Of a DNA stretch of 64,000 nt, positions 51,201 through 62,609 are shown piece by piece. Positions within the stretch are counted from its first letter, which is position 1, and the number at the start of each line of letters is the position of its first letter. Source of the DNA: Hypanus sabinus. Taxonomy: Eukaryota. The position numbers were made by a program, and so were the translations under genes. The notes below the pieces were generated by a model that was given only the letters and a program-made list of their open reading frames with translations, was not told where the DNA came from and made no database searches. The stretch covers positions 57,412,001-57,476,000 of the forward strand of contig NC_082722.1 in assembly GCF_030144855.1 (NCBI RefSeq), given 5' to 3'.

Positions 51201-54200
51201 TGAATTTGTTTTAATTGTTTAATTTTGATGTGGTGTTACTACACCAGAAGTGTATTCAGGGATTAGTTCTGAGTGAAAGTATTTTAGCCAGTTCTTGAAT
51301 CTGCTTCAAGTCCTGTTACCTGTGCTCAGATTACCTCCAAAAAATTTTACAGAGCAACTAACTCTAATCATAAACATGAGAAAGTCTGCAGATGCTTGAA
51401 GTCCAAAGCAACACACATAAAATGCGGGAGGAACTCAATATGTCAGGAACATCAGTGGAAACAGTCAATGTTTTGGGCTGAGAGCCTTCTTCAGCAATGA
51501 AATGGAAGGGGGAAGATGCCAGAATAAAAAGTTGGGGTGGGGAGTGTGAGAAGGGAAGGGGGCTAGCTGGAAGGTGGTGGGTGGGAAAGGTAAAGGGCAG
51601 GAGAAGAAGGAATCTGACAGGGGAGTGGAGCATAGGAGAAGGGAAGGGGGAGGGTACCCAGGGAGAAGTGACAGGCAGGTGAGAAGAGATAAAAGGCCAG
51701 AGTGGAAAATAGAAGAAGAGGGGAGCAGAAGGGGAAAAAAATTACTGGAAGGAGAAATCTATATTTGCGCTGTCAGGTTAGAGACCACCCAGATGAAATA
51801 ATCTACTGTGCACATTAGAGAGGCTTACCAGACAGTGTTGGGTAATAATGCCTATTGTTTGTCAATATGTATGACTAAAGTTCAAGGCCTTTAACTTGTC
51901 CTTCCCTTGATTCATTAATTTATTTTCCATCCTTAAAGCACCTGTCAGTTTCACGGCTGGATCCATCATCCCAAAGCTACTGCTTCACCCTGACTTCATG
52001 ATTTAATCCTGCATGAACTTGGACTTCCTTCAGACTATTTTCTGTTTAGTATGTCATTTTCCTTCAATTTCCATCAGCACTTGGAAGACAACTATTGACC
52101 CCACACTTCCAGAGACGCTCAGTATAGTCCATATCCAGTGCTTTAAAATTCCTTTTGTTCTTGCCTCTGTTGCTCTTTTTTTCCTGATTTCTCTGAACCA
52201 CAACAGAATTCGGTGATTCCTAAGTTGATCACAGAATCCCAGTGCTCTAGCTATTTACTCCAATAGTTAATTCTGCTCTTAGCCTTTATTGTCTGTTATT
52301 AACATAGACTAGTACAGCACAGCACAGGTCCTTCGGCCCACAATGTTGCGCCGACCCTTAAACCCTGCCTCCCGTATAACCCCCCCCCCATTTTAAATTC
52401 CTCCATATACCTGTCTAGTCATATAAAACATTAGCTAGCTCTTAGTTCCCTGATTACATTCACAAGCTTTTTTTTAGTCAGCGGTAACTGTCAACTGAAA
52501 ATTCCCTTACTTCCTGCAACCCTCAAACTTTGCTGCATTTGCTATCTATTTTAATTCTGTTACTGTCTTGAAAACCAATTAGATCACACCTAAACTATCT
52601 CCTTTTTAAAAGATTGTTGCTTGTTTGTGTAATCTTTCCCAGCGTCATTTTAATAAATCTGTGCGGCATTCTGTGCAGTTGCAAGATATGCTTTTTAATC
52701 TCTGATCATGCAGAACAGTGAGCACATTTAATTTAGTTTGACCTGAGCTTTATTTAGTTGTAGGATTACTTGTATTCCCTAGAATTCTCAGTTTCTATCC
52801 AGAAGAGCCTTCATTCCATTAACCTCTTAGATTATTTTCTTTACTTGTCTTCAACATGTACATAAGAAACCCAAACACGAGGAAATCTGCAGATGCTGGA
52901 AATTCAAGCAACACACACACAATGTTGGTGGAACACAGCAGGTCAGGCAGCATCTATAGGGAGAAGCACTGTTGACGTTTCAGGCCGAGACCCTTCTCCC
53001 TATAGATGCTGCCTGACCTGCTGCGTTCCACCAGCATTTTGTGTGTGTTGCTAAGAAACCCAAAGTGTTTTTGAATTCCCCTGCTTCTGATCTAAGCTTT
53101 ACAGTGTCTATCTTTTTTTCCAATTAAAATGAGGGGCTTATGAGACAAGGGAGAAGGACACAGTATTTCCAGTTTCAATGTAATGACCCCACACTCTTCT
53201 GCACTGAAATCTACAGCAACTACATTGTGAACAATATTTTATCATCACCAGACATAGGCATTCCACTCCAACGCCCAAGCTGTTTTTGGTACTGTGAATA
53301 GTTGTGGCTCCACACTTTAATTTGTGTACCTGCCCATTATCTCCCCTTCCTCAGCCAATTTCCTGTCTAGCTTAACTATTTGCGTTCTATCCTGTGAAAT
53401 TTATTTGGCAATTTTATGAGGGATTTTACCAATGCTATCAGGAAATTCATATAAATAAAATCCATTGACAGTTGCTTCACTATTTTTGTCCCTTCAAAGA
53501 GTTTGATTACATTTGCCTTCCATTTTTTTGAAAGTCTCTGCAGTCTAGTTTTGATCTGCACAATATTTTCAGATTCTGGCTGATTACTGCCACCTGCCTT
53601 CCTCAGCTGATAAAAGAAAACTGTTCACATTTGAGCATAACCTGAGGGAAGTACTGAGGGTTGAAAGGACACAAATTATACGGTGTAGAACATAAAAATA
53701 AGGATGTACTGCTGAAGGTCAGAGTATTGAGCAGTTTTGGGCCCCTTATCTAAGAAAAGGTGTGTTGTCACGGAGAGAGGCAAGAGGCCAGAGGAGATTA
53801 ATGAGAATGATCCTGGAAATGGAAGGGTTAACTTCTGTATGATAAGTGTTTGGCACCTGAGCCTGTACTCGGAGATTTGAGGAATGGGGGAGGGGGGGGG
53901 GAGAATCTCATTGAAACCTATTGAATGTTTAAAAAGTCTAGATAGAGTGAATATGAGAGGATGTTTCCTACAGTGGGGGAGCATAGAACCAGAGGGCACA
54001 TCCTCAGAGTAGAAGGACATCCCTTTTGAACAGAGATGGGGAGGAATATCTTTAGACAGAGGTTGGTGAATCTGTGGAAATTCATTGTCACAGACAGCTG
54101 TGCAGGCCAAGTCATTGGGCATATTTAAAGTGGAGGTTGATAGGTACCTGATTAGTAGGGTCATTAGAGGTTACAAGGAGAAGACAGAAGAATGGAGTTG

Positions 54201-57200
54201 AGAGGGACAGTAAGTCAGTTTTGATGGAATGGCAGAGCAGACTGGGCTGAAAGGCCTAATTCTGCTCTTGTCTTGCAGGTGGGCGATTTGAAGGAAGTAC
54301 TGAAGGGAGATAGAGCACAGAATGTATTGGTCATGAAGCAACTGTCATGGAGTTATAGAGCACTACAGCACAGAAACAGATCTTTTGGTCCATCCAATCC
54401 ATGCTTGACTGGTTTTCTGCTTAGTCCCATCTACCTGCACGTGGACTACAGCCCCCTCTACCTCTCTCATTAATGTCTCTTAAATATTACATTTGAACCC
54501 ACATCTAGCACTTCGGCTGATAGCTCGTTCCACACTTGCACCACCATCTGAGTGAAGTTGTTTTTCCCTTGGGTTCCCCATAAATATTTCACCTTTCTCC
54601 CTAAACCTATGACCTTTATTTCTTGTCATAGCCATGGTAGCTTAAAGGTTAGCGCGACACTATAGCAGCTTGGGGAAATGGAGTCTGGAGTTCAAACCTG
54701 GTATCCTCTGTAAGGAATCTGTATGCTCCTCCCCTGTGAAATGCTTGACTTTTCCCCGCTTGCTCTGGTTTACCAATTCGTAGGTTACTTGCTCATTGTA
54801 ATTGTCCTGTGATTAAGCGAGAGTTAAATCAGGGATTGCTGGTGCCACAGCTCAAAGTACTAGAAGCGCCGATGCCTCGCTGTATATCTACGTGAACAAA
54901 TAAAATAATTTCACCCTACCTCAGGAAAAATCTCTTGCAAGATTGGATTTGCAGGTGGTGAGCTAAATAACAGGAGGAAAATCCATACTTAATCTCGCCT
55001 TTACCAATCAGCCAGTCACAGATGTTAGATCTGTTAGAGGCAATTCTGATGGGAATAGATTCATCACAATATTTAAGACACTCCATCATATTAAGACGGA
55101 CAGAACAGATTTGTAACTTTGAACTCAACACTTGTAAACCCAATTGTTCTGCCATGATCCATAAAACTTTGACATCCGTCTCACTCTTAGCATTAATATT
55201 TATCCAGGGCCAGTAAGAAGTGTTTACCAGGAACAGCAGCAACAATAACTAAAACTGGGGTGCCAGCCAGAAGTACTGCCAGTGCTGGACTCAATTCATG
55301 CTAAATAGCAGAAGCAACAATCAGAAATGAGTGATTCCAGCAACCAATAAGTAAGGTTAAACATTGAGATCCTGCTAGTTAGTTGTTAATTATACTGAAA
55401 ATTGAAATGGCTAACTGAAGTAGCTTCCATGAACTTCCCCATCAACAGTAGCTTAGTGGGTAGCACAACACTTTACAGTACTAGTGACCTGGGTTCAATT
55501 ACTGCCACTGTCTGTAAAGAGTTTGTACATTCTCCCTGTGACTGTGTGTATTTCCTCCCCACGGTTCAAAGGTGTACTGGTTAGTAGGTTAGTTGGTCAT
55601 TGTAAATTGTTCTGTGATGAGGCTGGAGTTAAATTGGGAGTTGCTGGGTGGTAGGACAGGAAGGGCCGACTGTGCACTATATCTCAATAAAAATAAATAA
55701 ACTACAATATCAATTATAAAAGGTGAGGCTGGATCATTTGCAGTCAGAAATATCAAGATCGTGATACTGTCTAACTCAAGTCTCTATGGTATCTGTGAAA
55801 CCCATTATCAGCAAGCTTGAGTCACTCAGTTGATAACTAAAATTGCTCCGGAGACAAAAGAAGTCGATGGTTTCAACAGTATCTTACTTGAATTGCTTGT
55901 GCATTAGAACCACCATGAACTCTTCCAGTTCAGTTGTAACATTTCGAGAGCTTTGACCTTAAGCATTGGCAATTCCCATCCCTCTCCCCCCCATGTTTCA
56001 CAAGATCTTCCAGCTTCAGATTCAGGCAGCTGCAGTTTCTTGTAATACCTTCCATTAGGAGATTCAGCCCAAAACGTCAACTGTTTACTCTTTTCCATAG
56101 ATGCTGCCCGGCCTTCTGAGTTCCTTCAACATCTTGTGTGCTACTTTTGATTTCCAGCATCTGCAGATTTTTTTTGCAGTCCCTTGTGTCCAGTTGTTAG
56201 TTATGCTCCATTCACAGAACAAATATAACTGAATAATTAATATTTTATCATTCTAATCTCAACCACAGTAAAATAATGGAAATTGATGCCAGATCTCCCA
56301 TGTGCTCACAAATAACTGCCAGTGAAAATGGTAGGACGGGGTGGGGGGGAGTGGTGGAGAAACTGCAGATGTTAGAATAACACACACAAAATGCTGGAGT
56401 AACTCAGCAGGTCAGGTTTTATCAATGGATGGAAACAAACATTTGGTACTTCAGACTGAGAGTTGTGTCTCTGCAGATATGGGAATCTAAAACAAAACAG
56501 AAAATACTACAGATATTCAAAATGCCAGGCTGCATCTGTGGGAAGATAAACAGCCCTCAGAAACAACTAAGTTCCATATTAACATGATTTATTCATTGAT
56601 GCTGGATTGAATAGCTGGAACTCCCTATCTAACAGCACCACAGGAGCATCTCCAAAGGACCCATAACAGTTTAATAAATTGAGTTGGGACAATGAAGTGT
56701 TGTGACAAAATATGTTAAGTGAGGTTTGTTAATGATGCTAACATTGTTAACTCACCCTCTTCTACCATTCACTATCATTCTTGTTGACCACGTATTGTAT
56801 TATACTGAGGTCCAAGTAATGACAGCATTGCCTACTTATTGCAACAATCATTATCACATCATACTCTTCTAATACAAGCAACACACACAAAATGCTGGAG
56901 GAACTCAGCAGCCCAGGCAGCATCTATGGAAAAGAATACAGTCTATGTTTCAGGTCGAGACCCTTTGTCAAGACTGGAGAAAAAGAAGCTGAGGAGTAGA
57001 TTTTAAAGGACAGGGAGGGAGGGCAAAAGTGGTAGGGGCATGGCACTGTTGATCACGGATAGTGTCATGGCTGCAGAAAGGGAAGAAGTCATGGAGGGAG
57101 TGTCTACTAAGTCTCTGTGGGAGGAAGTTAGGAACAGGAAGGGGTCAATAACTCTACTGGGTGTTTTTGATAGACCACCCAATAGTAACAGGACATCGAG

Positions 57201-60200
57201 GAGCAGATAGGGAGAATGATTCTGGGAAGGTGTAATAATAACAGGGTTGACGTGCTGGGAGATTTTGATTTCCCAAATATCGATTGGCATGTCCCTGGGC
57301 AAGGGGTTTAGATGGGGTGGAGTTTGTAGGGTGTGCTTAAGAAGGTTTCTACAATATGTAGATAAGCCTACAACAGGACAGGCTGGTATTGGGAAATGAA
57401 CCTGGTCAGGTGTCAGATCTCTCAGTGGGAGAGCATTTTCGAGATAGTGATCACAATTCTATCTCCTTTACCATAGCATTGGAGAGAGAGAGGAACAGAC
57501 AAGTTAGGCAAGAGTTTAATTGGAGTAAGGGGAAATATGAGGCTATCAGGCAAGAACGGAAGCATAAATTGGGAACAGATGTTCTCAGGGAAATGTACAG
57601 AAGAAACGTGGCAAATGTTCAGGGGGTATTTACGTGGAGTTCTGCACAGGTACATTCCAATGAGACAGGGAAAGGATGGTAGGGTACAGGAACCGTGGTG
57701 TACAAAGGCTGTTGTAAATCTAGTCATGAAGAAAAGAAGAGCTTACGAAAGGTTCAAAAAAATTAGGTAATGATAGAGATCTAGAAGATTATAAGGCTAG
57801 CAGGAAGGAGCTTAAAAGAAATTAGGAGAGCCAGAAGGGGCCATGAGAATGCCTTGGCGGACAGGATTAAGGAAAACCCCAAGGCATTCTACAAGTATGT
57901 GAAAAGCAAGAGGATGAGCCATGTGGGAATAGGACGAATCGAGTGCAACAGTGGAAACGTGCATGGAGTCGGAGGTGGTAGCAGTGGTTCTTCATTATTT
58001 ATTTTGCTTCATTATTCACTACCGAAAAGGATCTTGGTGTTTCCAGGGATGACTTACAGTGGACTGAAAAGCTTGAGCATGTAGATATTAAGAAAGAGGA
58101 TGTGCTGGAGCTTTCGGAAAGCAAGTTGGATAAGTCACTGGGACCAGCAGATGTACCCCAGGCTCCTGTGGGAGGCAGGGAAGGAGATTGCTGAGACTCT
58201 GGCATTGATCTTTGCATCATCAGTGGGGATGGGAGAGGTTTCAGAGATTGGGAGGGTTGCATATGTTGTTCCATTATTCAAGAAAGGGAGTAGAGATAGC
58301 TCAGGAAATTATAGACCAGTGAGTCTTACGTCAGTGGCTGGTAAGCTGATGGAGAAGATCCTGAGGGGCAGGATTTATGAACATTTGGAGAAGCATAATA
58401 TGATCAGGAATAGTCAGCATGGCTTTGTGAAAAGCAGGTCATGCCTTGCAAGCCAGACTGAATTTTTTGAGGATGTGACTAAACACGTTGATGAAGGTAG
58501 AGCAGTAGATGTAGAGGACATGGATTTCAGCAAGGCATTTGATAAGGTACCCCATGCAAGGCTTATTGAGAAAGTAAGGAGGCTTGGGATCCAAGGGGAC
58601 CTTTCTTTGTGGATCCAGAACTGGGTTGCCCACAGAAGGCAAAGAGTGGTTGTAGACAGGTCATATTCTGTATGGAGGTCAATGACCAGCGGTATGCTCT
58701 GGGGATCTGTTCTGGGACCCCTACTCATTGTGATTTTTACAAATGACCTGGATGAGGAAGTGGAGGGATAGGTTAGTAAGTCTGCCGATGACACAAGGGT
58801 TGGAGGTGTTGTGGATAGTGTGGAGGGCTGTTAGAGGTTACAGTGGGACATTGACAGGATGCAAAACTGGGCTGAGAAGTGACAGATGGAGTTCAGCCCA
58901 AATAAATGTGAGGTGGTTCATTTTGGTACATCAAGTATTATGGCAGAATATAGTATTAATGGTAAGACTCTTGGCAGTGTGGAGGATCAGAGGAATCTTG
59001 GGGTCCGAGTCCATAGGACACTGAAAGCTGCTGTGCAGGTTGAATCTGTGGTTAAGAAAGCATACGGTGTATTGGCCTTCATCAATCGTGGGATTGAGTT
59101 TAGGAGCGGAGAGGTAATGTTGCAGCTATACAGGACCCTGGTCAGATCCCACTTGGAGAAACATGCTCAGTTCTGGTCGCCTCACTAGAGGAAGGACGTG
59201 GAAACCATAGACAGGGTGCAGAGGAGATTTACAAGGATGTTGCCTGGTTGGGGAGCATGCCTTATGAGAATAGGTTGAGTGAACAAGCGATGGAGGATGT
59301 GAGGTGACCTGATAGATGTGTATAAGATGTTGAGAGGCATTGATTGTGTGGATAGTCTGCTTTTCCCCAGGGTTGGAATGGCTAGCACAAGAGGGCACAT
59401 TTTTAAGGTGCTTGGAAGTAGGTACTGAGGAGATGTCAGGGGTAAGTTTTTTTTCAAGCAGAGAGTGGTGAGTACGTGGAATGGGCTGCTGGCGACGGTG
59501 GTGGAGGCGGATGTGATAGGGTCTTTTAAGAGACTTCTGGACAGGTACATGCTTAGAAAAAGAGAGGGCTGTGGGTAACTCCAGGTAATTTCTAAGGTAA
59601 GGAAATGTTCAGCACAGCTTTTTAGGCTGAAGGGCTTCTATTGTGCTGTAGGTTTTCTATGTAGGTGGGGGTGGGGGGGGGGGGAGAGAGAGAATACAAG
59701 GTGATAGCTGAAATCTGAAGGGGGTGGGTAATAAAGAGCTGGAAGTTGATTGATGAAGGGCTGGAAAAGAGGGAGTCTGTTAGAAGAGGACAGAAGGCCA
59801 TGGAAGAAAGAAAAGGGGGGGAGGGGCTTTACCAGAAGTTTGAGAAATTGATATTCATGCCATCAGGTTGGAGGCTACCCAAGGTATCTTCCAACCTCAG
59901 TGTAACCTCATCACGACAGTGGAGGAAGCCATGGATAGACATATTGGAATGGGAAATGGGTGGCCACTGGGAGATCCTGCTTTTTCTGGCTGACAGAGCA
60001 TAGGTGCTCAGCGAACTGGTCTCTAAAATCTAATTTGGGTCTCACTGGTATACAGGAGGCCAATACAATACTTAGTTGTCATTCATTCCATGATTTACTT
60101 TGCACAGGTGTGTAAGGATTGTTTAATTGTAATGTACACTTCAACGTATATTTCTGCTTCAGTGTTTGGCACTGTGAACATTGTTGTAAGTTGCATGAAC

Positions 60201-60380
60201 TATTATTTGCTTTAATAGGAGGCTGAAATTTCTGCAGAATAAATAAATTGCAATTTTTTAAAATTATCAATGATTTTTATAGGTTGGCTTATTAAAATGA
60301 CATTGGATAATCCTGCTGAAGTTGATGAACTGATGGATGAAGAGGCTTATGAGAAAATGCTGAAGTCCATGGAAGATTGA
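38961..60380 (+). CDS. GCSH: Glycine cleavage system H protein, mitochondrial (exons 38961-39084, 46175-46254, 49303-49366, 50902-51033, 60283-60380; 165 aa)
   Basis: Spliced CDS of 498 nt, open frame; Arg/Ala/Ser-rich transit peptide; [25 protein letters not shown], lipoyl motif [20 protein letters not shown] (Lys codon 50928-50930), [18 protein letters not shown]. Confidence 0.97.
41310..41460 (-). mobile_element. Deu-domain SINE fragment (SacSINE1/AmnSINE1-like)
   Basis: Reverse complement reads cagattatctagtcactatcacaatatc..gtgggagcttgctctgcacaaaatagc...tttccaacattacaatggcgactgcact, matching the recalled Deu/3' consensus. Confidence 0.55.
41470..41790 (+). mobile_element. Two Penelope-like termini in tandem
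   Basis: cctgatgaagggtctcaacccaaaatgtcaactg...; second copy starting about 41660. Confidence 0.7.
42330..42830 (+). mobile_element. CR1 LINE 3' fragment
   Basis: gaggaaaggctaagtgagctagggcttttctctttgga...; tail gggcagaagggcctgtactgcgctgta. Confidence 0.7.
43160..44572 (+). mobile_element. Internally deleted CR1 LINE, nested in a minus-strand Rex-like tail
   Basis: Esterase [11 protein letters not shown] joined via the spacer and endonuclease start directly to the RT C-terminus (ORF 43935-44459). Confidence 0.85.
45650..45885 (-). mobile_element. V-SINE (HE1-like)
   Basis: (TTTA)n tail; cacggggagaacatacaa V-domain in reverse. Confidence 0.65.
46175..46254 (+). CDS. GCSH: GCSH exon 2
   Basis: attccag acceptor, CAG|gtgggt donor; [27 protein letters not shown]. 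Confidence 0.96.
49303..49366 (+). CDS. GCSH: GCSH exon 3
   Basis: cttttag acceptor, G|gtgagt donor; [21 protein letters not shown]. Confidence 0.96.
50902..51033 (+). CDS. GCSH: GCSH exon 4 (contains the lipoylated lysine)
   Basis: tcctcag acceptor, AAG|gtatgt donor; [23 protein letters not shown]... Confidence 0.97.
51370..51800 (-). mobile_element. Penelope-like element 3' end
   Basis: Terminus aaacatgagaaagtctgcagatgct...; purine-rich UTR. Confidence 0.7.
52876..53051. mobile_element. Well-preserved fold-back Penelope-like mini-insertion with TSD
   Basis: About 59-bp inverted arms 52907-52966 / 52993-53051; flanked by taagaaacccaaa at 52863-52875 and 53052-53064. Confidence 0.85.
53690..54272 (+). 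mobile_element. CR1 LINE 3' fragment
   Basis: Same family as 29400-30000. Confidence 0.8.
54630..54910 (+). mobile_element. V-SINE (HE1-like)
   Basis: tRNA-like head (A box tggtagcttaaaggt, B box gagttcaaacc), A-rich tail. Confidence 0.6.
55445..55700 (+). mobile_element. V-SINE (HE1-like)
   Basis: A box tagcttagtggg, B box ggttcaatt, V-domain gagtttgtacattctccctgtgac, CR1-like tail gaagggcc...aataaaaataaataa. Confidence 0.7.
56878..57004 (-). mobile_element. Penelope-like terminus; continues at 59662-60065 after a CR1 insertion
   Basis: acacacacaaaatgctggaggaactcagc...gagtagattt is collinear with aggtggggg...gagagagaatacaaggtgatag. Confidence 0.7.
57005..59662 (+). mobile_element. 5'-truncated CR1 LINE (endonuclease + RT, decayed)
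   Basis: ORF 58100-58771 with [38 protein letters not shown]; tail gctgtaggttttctatgt. Confidence 0.9.
60283..60380 (+). CDS. GCSH: GCSH exon 5 ([32 protein letters not shown])
   Basis: tttatag acceptor, TGA 60378-60380. Confidence 0.96.
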
Positions 60381-60908
60381 GCAATCCTTCCTTCTGAGCA
60401 ATACATGTTGCACATTTGTTCCTGTGTACTTTAGCAGTGGAAGTGGATTGTGCACCAATATCCCAGGTTTAATAAGCAAGAGTTAATATATAAGGAGTGC
60501 ATTTCGATGGGCGCCTCTTAAATTAGTCATTATAATGGAAATAGATGAGAATGCTTAAAAAAAATCAAATTGACACTTGGCCTACACAATCCTACTTGTG
60601 ATATCTCAGCAATTGAAGAACAATATCTCAGCTGTAAATTTTAACTATTCAACTATAGATTGTAATTAACTTCAGTTTATACTTGATACAATGAAACTGG
60701 TAAATAATGTATGGAATTGGTCGCCATATAACTGAAATCATGACGCAGTCTGTCTTCAACCAGTGAATGCATCTTTGTGAGTGTTTTTTTTTAAATTTTC
60801 AGTTACTGTGTCCTTCTGAAAGCCATATTGTTCAATTTGGAAATGGCCTTGTTTCTTGCCATTTTTCTACAGATTAAACCACAATTTAATGGCGGTCAAT
60901 TATTGTGT

Positions 60909-60914
60909 AATAAA
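60909..60914 (+). terminator. Candidate GCSH polyadenylation signal AATAAA
   Basis: Canonical hexamer about 530 nt after the stop, followed by a GT-rich tract (gctgttgtgtcttatgg). Confidence 0.55.
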
Positions 60915-61049
60915 ACTAACCTAACTGGAAAACTGCAGAGCTGTTGTGTCTTATGGTTCAACCAGCATTCTAGAGGCTGTACAAAGTCTTCCCTCATTTA
61001 TTTTGTAAATTATTTTTGGTTCATTTGTTTCTGAATGCAACATCTTTTC

Positions 61050-61640
61050 AAAGCTCAAAGTATATTTATTATCAAAGTGCTTGTATGTCACAAATACTTC
61101 CCTGAGATTGATTTTCTTGTAGGCATTCACAGTAAATAGAAAAAACCCAATAGCTTTGATGAAAAATCACACATGACAAAGGTGGGTAAAGAGCCAATGT
61201 GCAAAAGGCAACAAACTGTGTAAATACAAAAGAGAAAAATAATAATTAGAAATATCGAGAATGAGTTGTAGAGTCCTTGAAAGTGAGTCCATAGGTTGTG
61301 GAATTAATTCAGTGTTAAGGTGAGTAAAGTAATAGCTGGAGGGTAATAAATGTTCCTGAACTTGGTAGTTTGGAACCCAAGGCTCTTGCACCTCCTTTGC
61401 GATGGCAGCAGGGAGATCAGACGTGGCCTGGATGGAAGGCCTTGATGATGATGGATGCTGCTCTCTTGTGACAACAGTCCTTGTAGATGTGCTCAGTGGT
61501 GGAGAGGGTTTTTCCTGTGGTGGTCTGGGCTGTGTCCACCATTTTTTTGTAGGCTTTTCCATTCTTGAGTATTGGTGAGTCCATACTAGGCTGTGATGCA
61601 ACCAGTTACAATACTCTGCTGTGCATTCATAGAAGTTTGT
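61050..61640 (-). mobile_element. Rex1/Babar-like LINE 3' fragment
   Basis: Reverse complement of the 3055-3915 family. Confidence 0.7.
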
Positions 61641-62344
61641 GAAGCAGCAACTTAGACATCTGCATATACTTTTGGAGAATAATAGGTCCAGTAATGTAAA
61701 TGGGACTTTGTTATGTGTGCCTATGTTATGCTGTTTGCTCTCTTATTTAGGCACTTTTTTTATAAGTATCATACAGGATGCCAAATTAGGAGACTGCAAC
61801 AGAATTCTAACATAAAGTAATTTGGCTGCTTCCTACCGAGAGGGTCAAAGTAAACTTTGCCTTTATTTAGTATCTTTCACAACCCTTTCATGATGTCCTA
61901 TAGCATAGATATTTTGCAATATTATTCGAGAAATTTAGATGTTGTCTATTGTAAAGAAGGAAGTACTATCACCATTTTGTGTGAAGCAATCTGCCATAAA
62001 TGGGAAATTTGATAATGGTGAAATAACCTGGGATTTCATTGGGTGGGGTAAATAATGTTCAGATCACTGAGAACCTATCTGCTTTTCAAAATGGTGAGAA
62101 TAGATGGAATCCTAGTTGGGACATTCCATTCAAAAGGTAATGCAATACTGGGAAGTGCCATCCAAAAATACTGGGTTTTAAGTCTCAGGATTGCTGAGTG
62201 ATGTGCTCCAAGAAATTAGCATTACTAAAACAGTACAGAAATTAATAAGTCAGAAAAGCAATAAATTTCTAGAATCTGAGACCTGTGTTCTAGCAGATGG
62301 CTCAGCAGATAATGAATGTATGGGAAATATGCCCAATTCTGATG

Positions 62345-62600
62345 GGCACCATGGTAACGTGGAAGGTAGCGTAATGCTTTACTGTGCCAGCAATCTGTCT
62401 GTTAAAAAAAGTGTGTCCATTTTCCCTGATCATATGGGTTTCCTCCAGGTGCTCTGGTTCCCTCCAACATTCCAAACACGTACAGTTTAGGATTAGTAAG
62501 CTTTAGGTGTGCTATATCAGCACAGAAGCATGGTGACATTTACGGGCTGCCCCCAGCACTACCACAGATTGTGTTGGTCACTGTATATTTTGACGTGCTA
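62345..62600 (+). mobile_element. V-SINE fragment
   Basis: gggtttcctccaggtgctctggttccctccaacattccaaa V-domain core. Confidence 0.6.
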
Positions 62601-62609
62601 ATCATATCT

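Noticed and set aside
55445-55510. tRNA-like sequence
   Set aside because: Only degenerate A/B boxes heading a SINE; no intact cloverleaf
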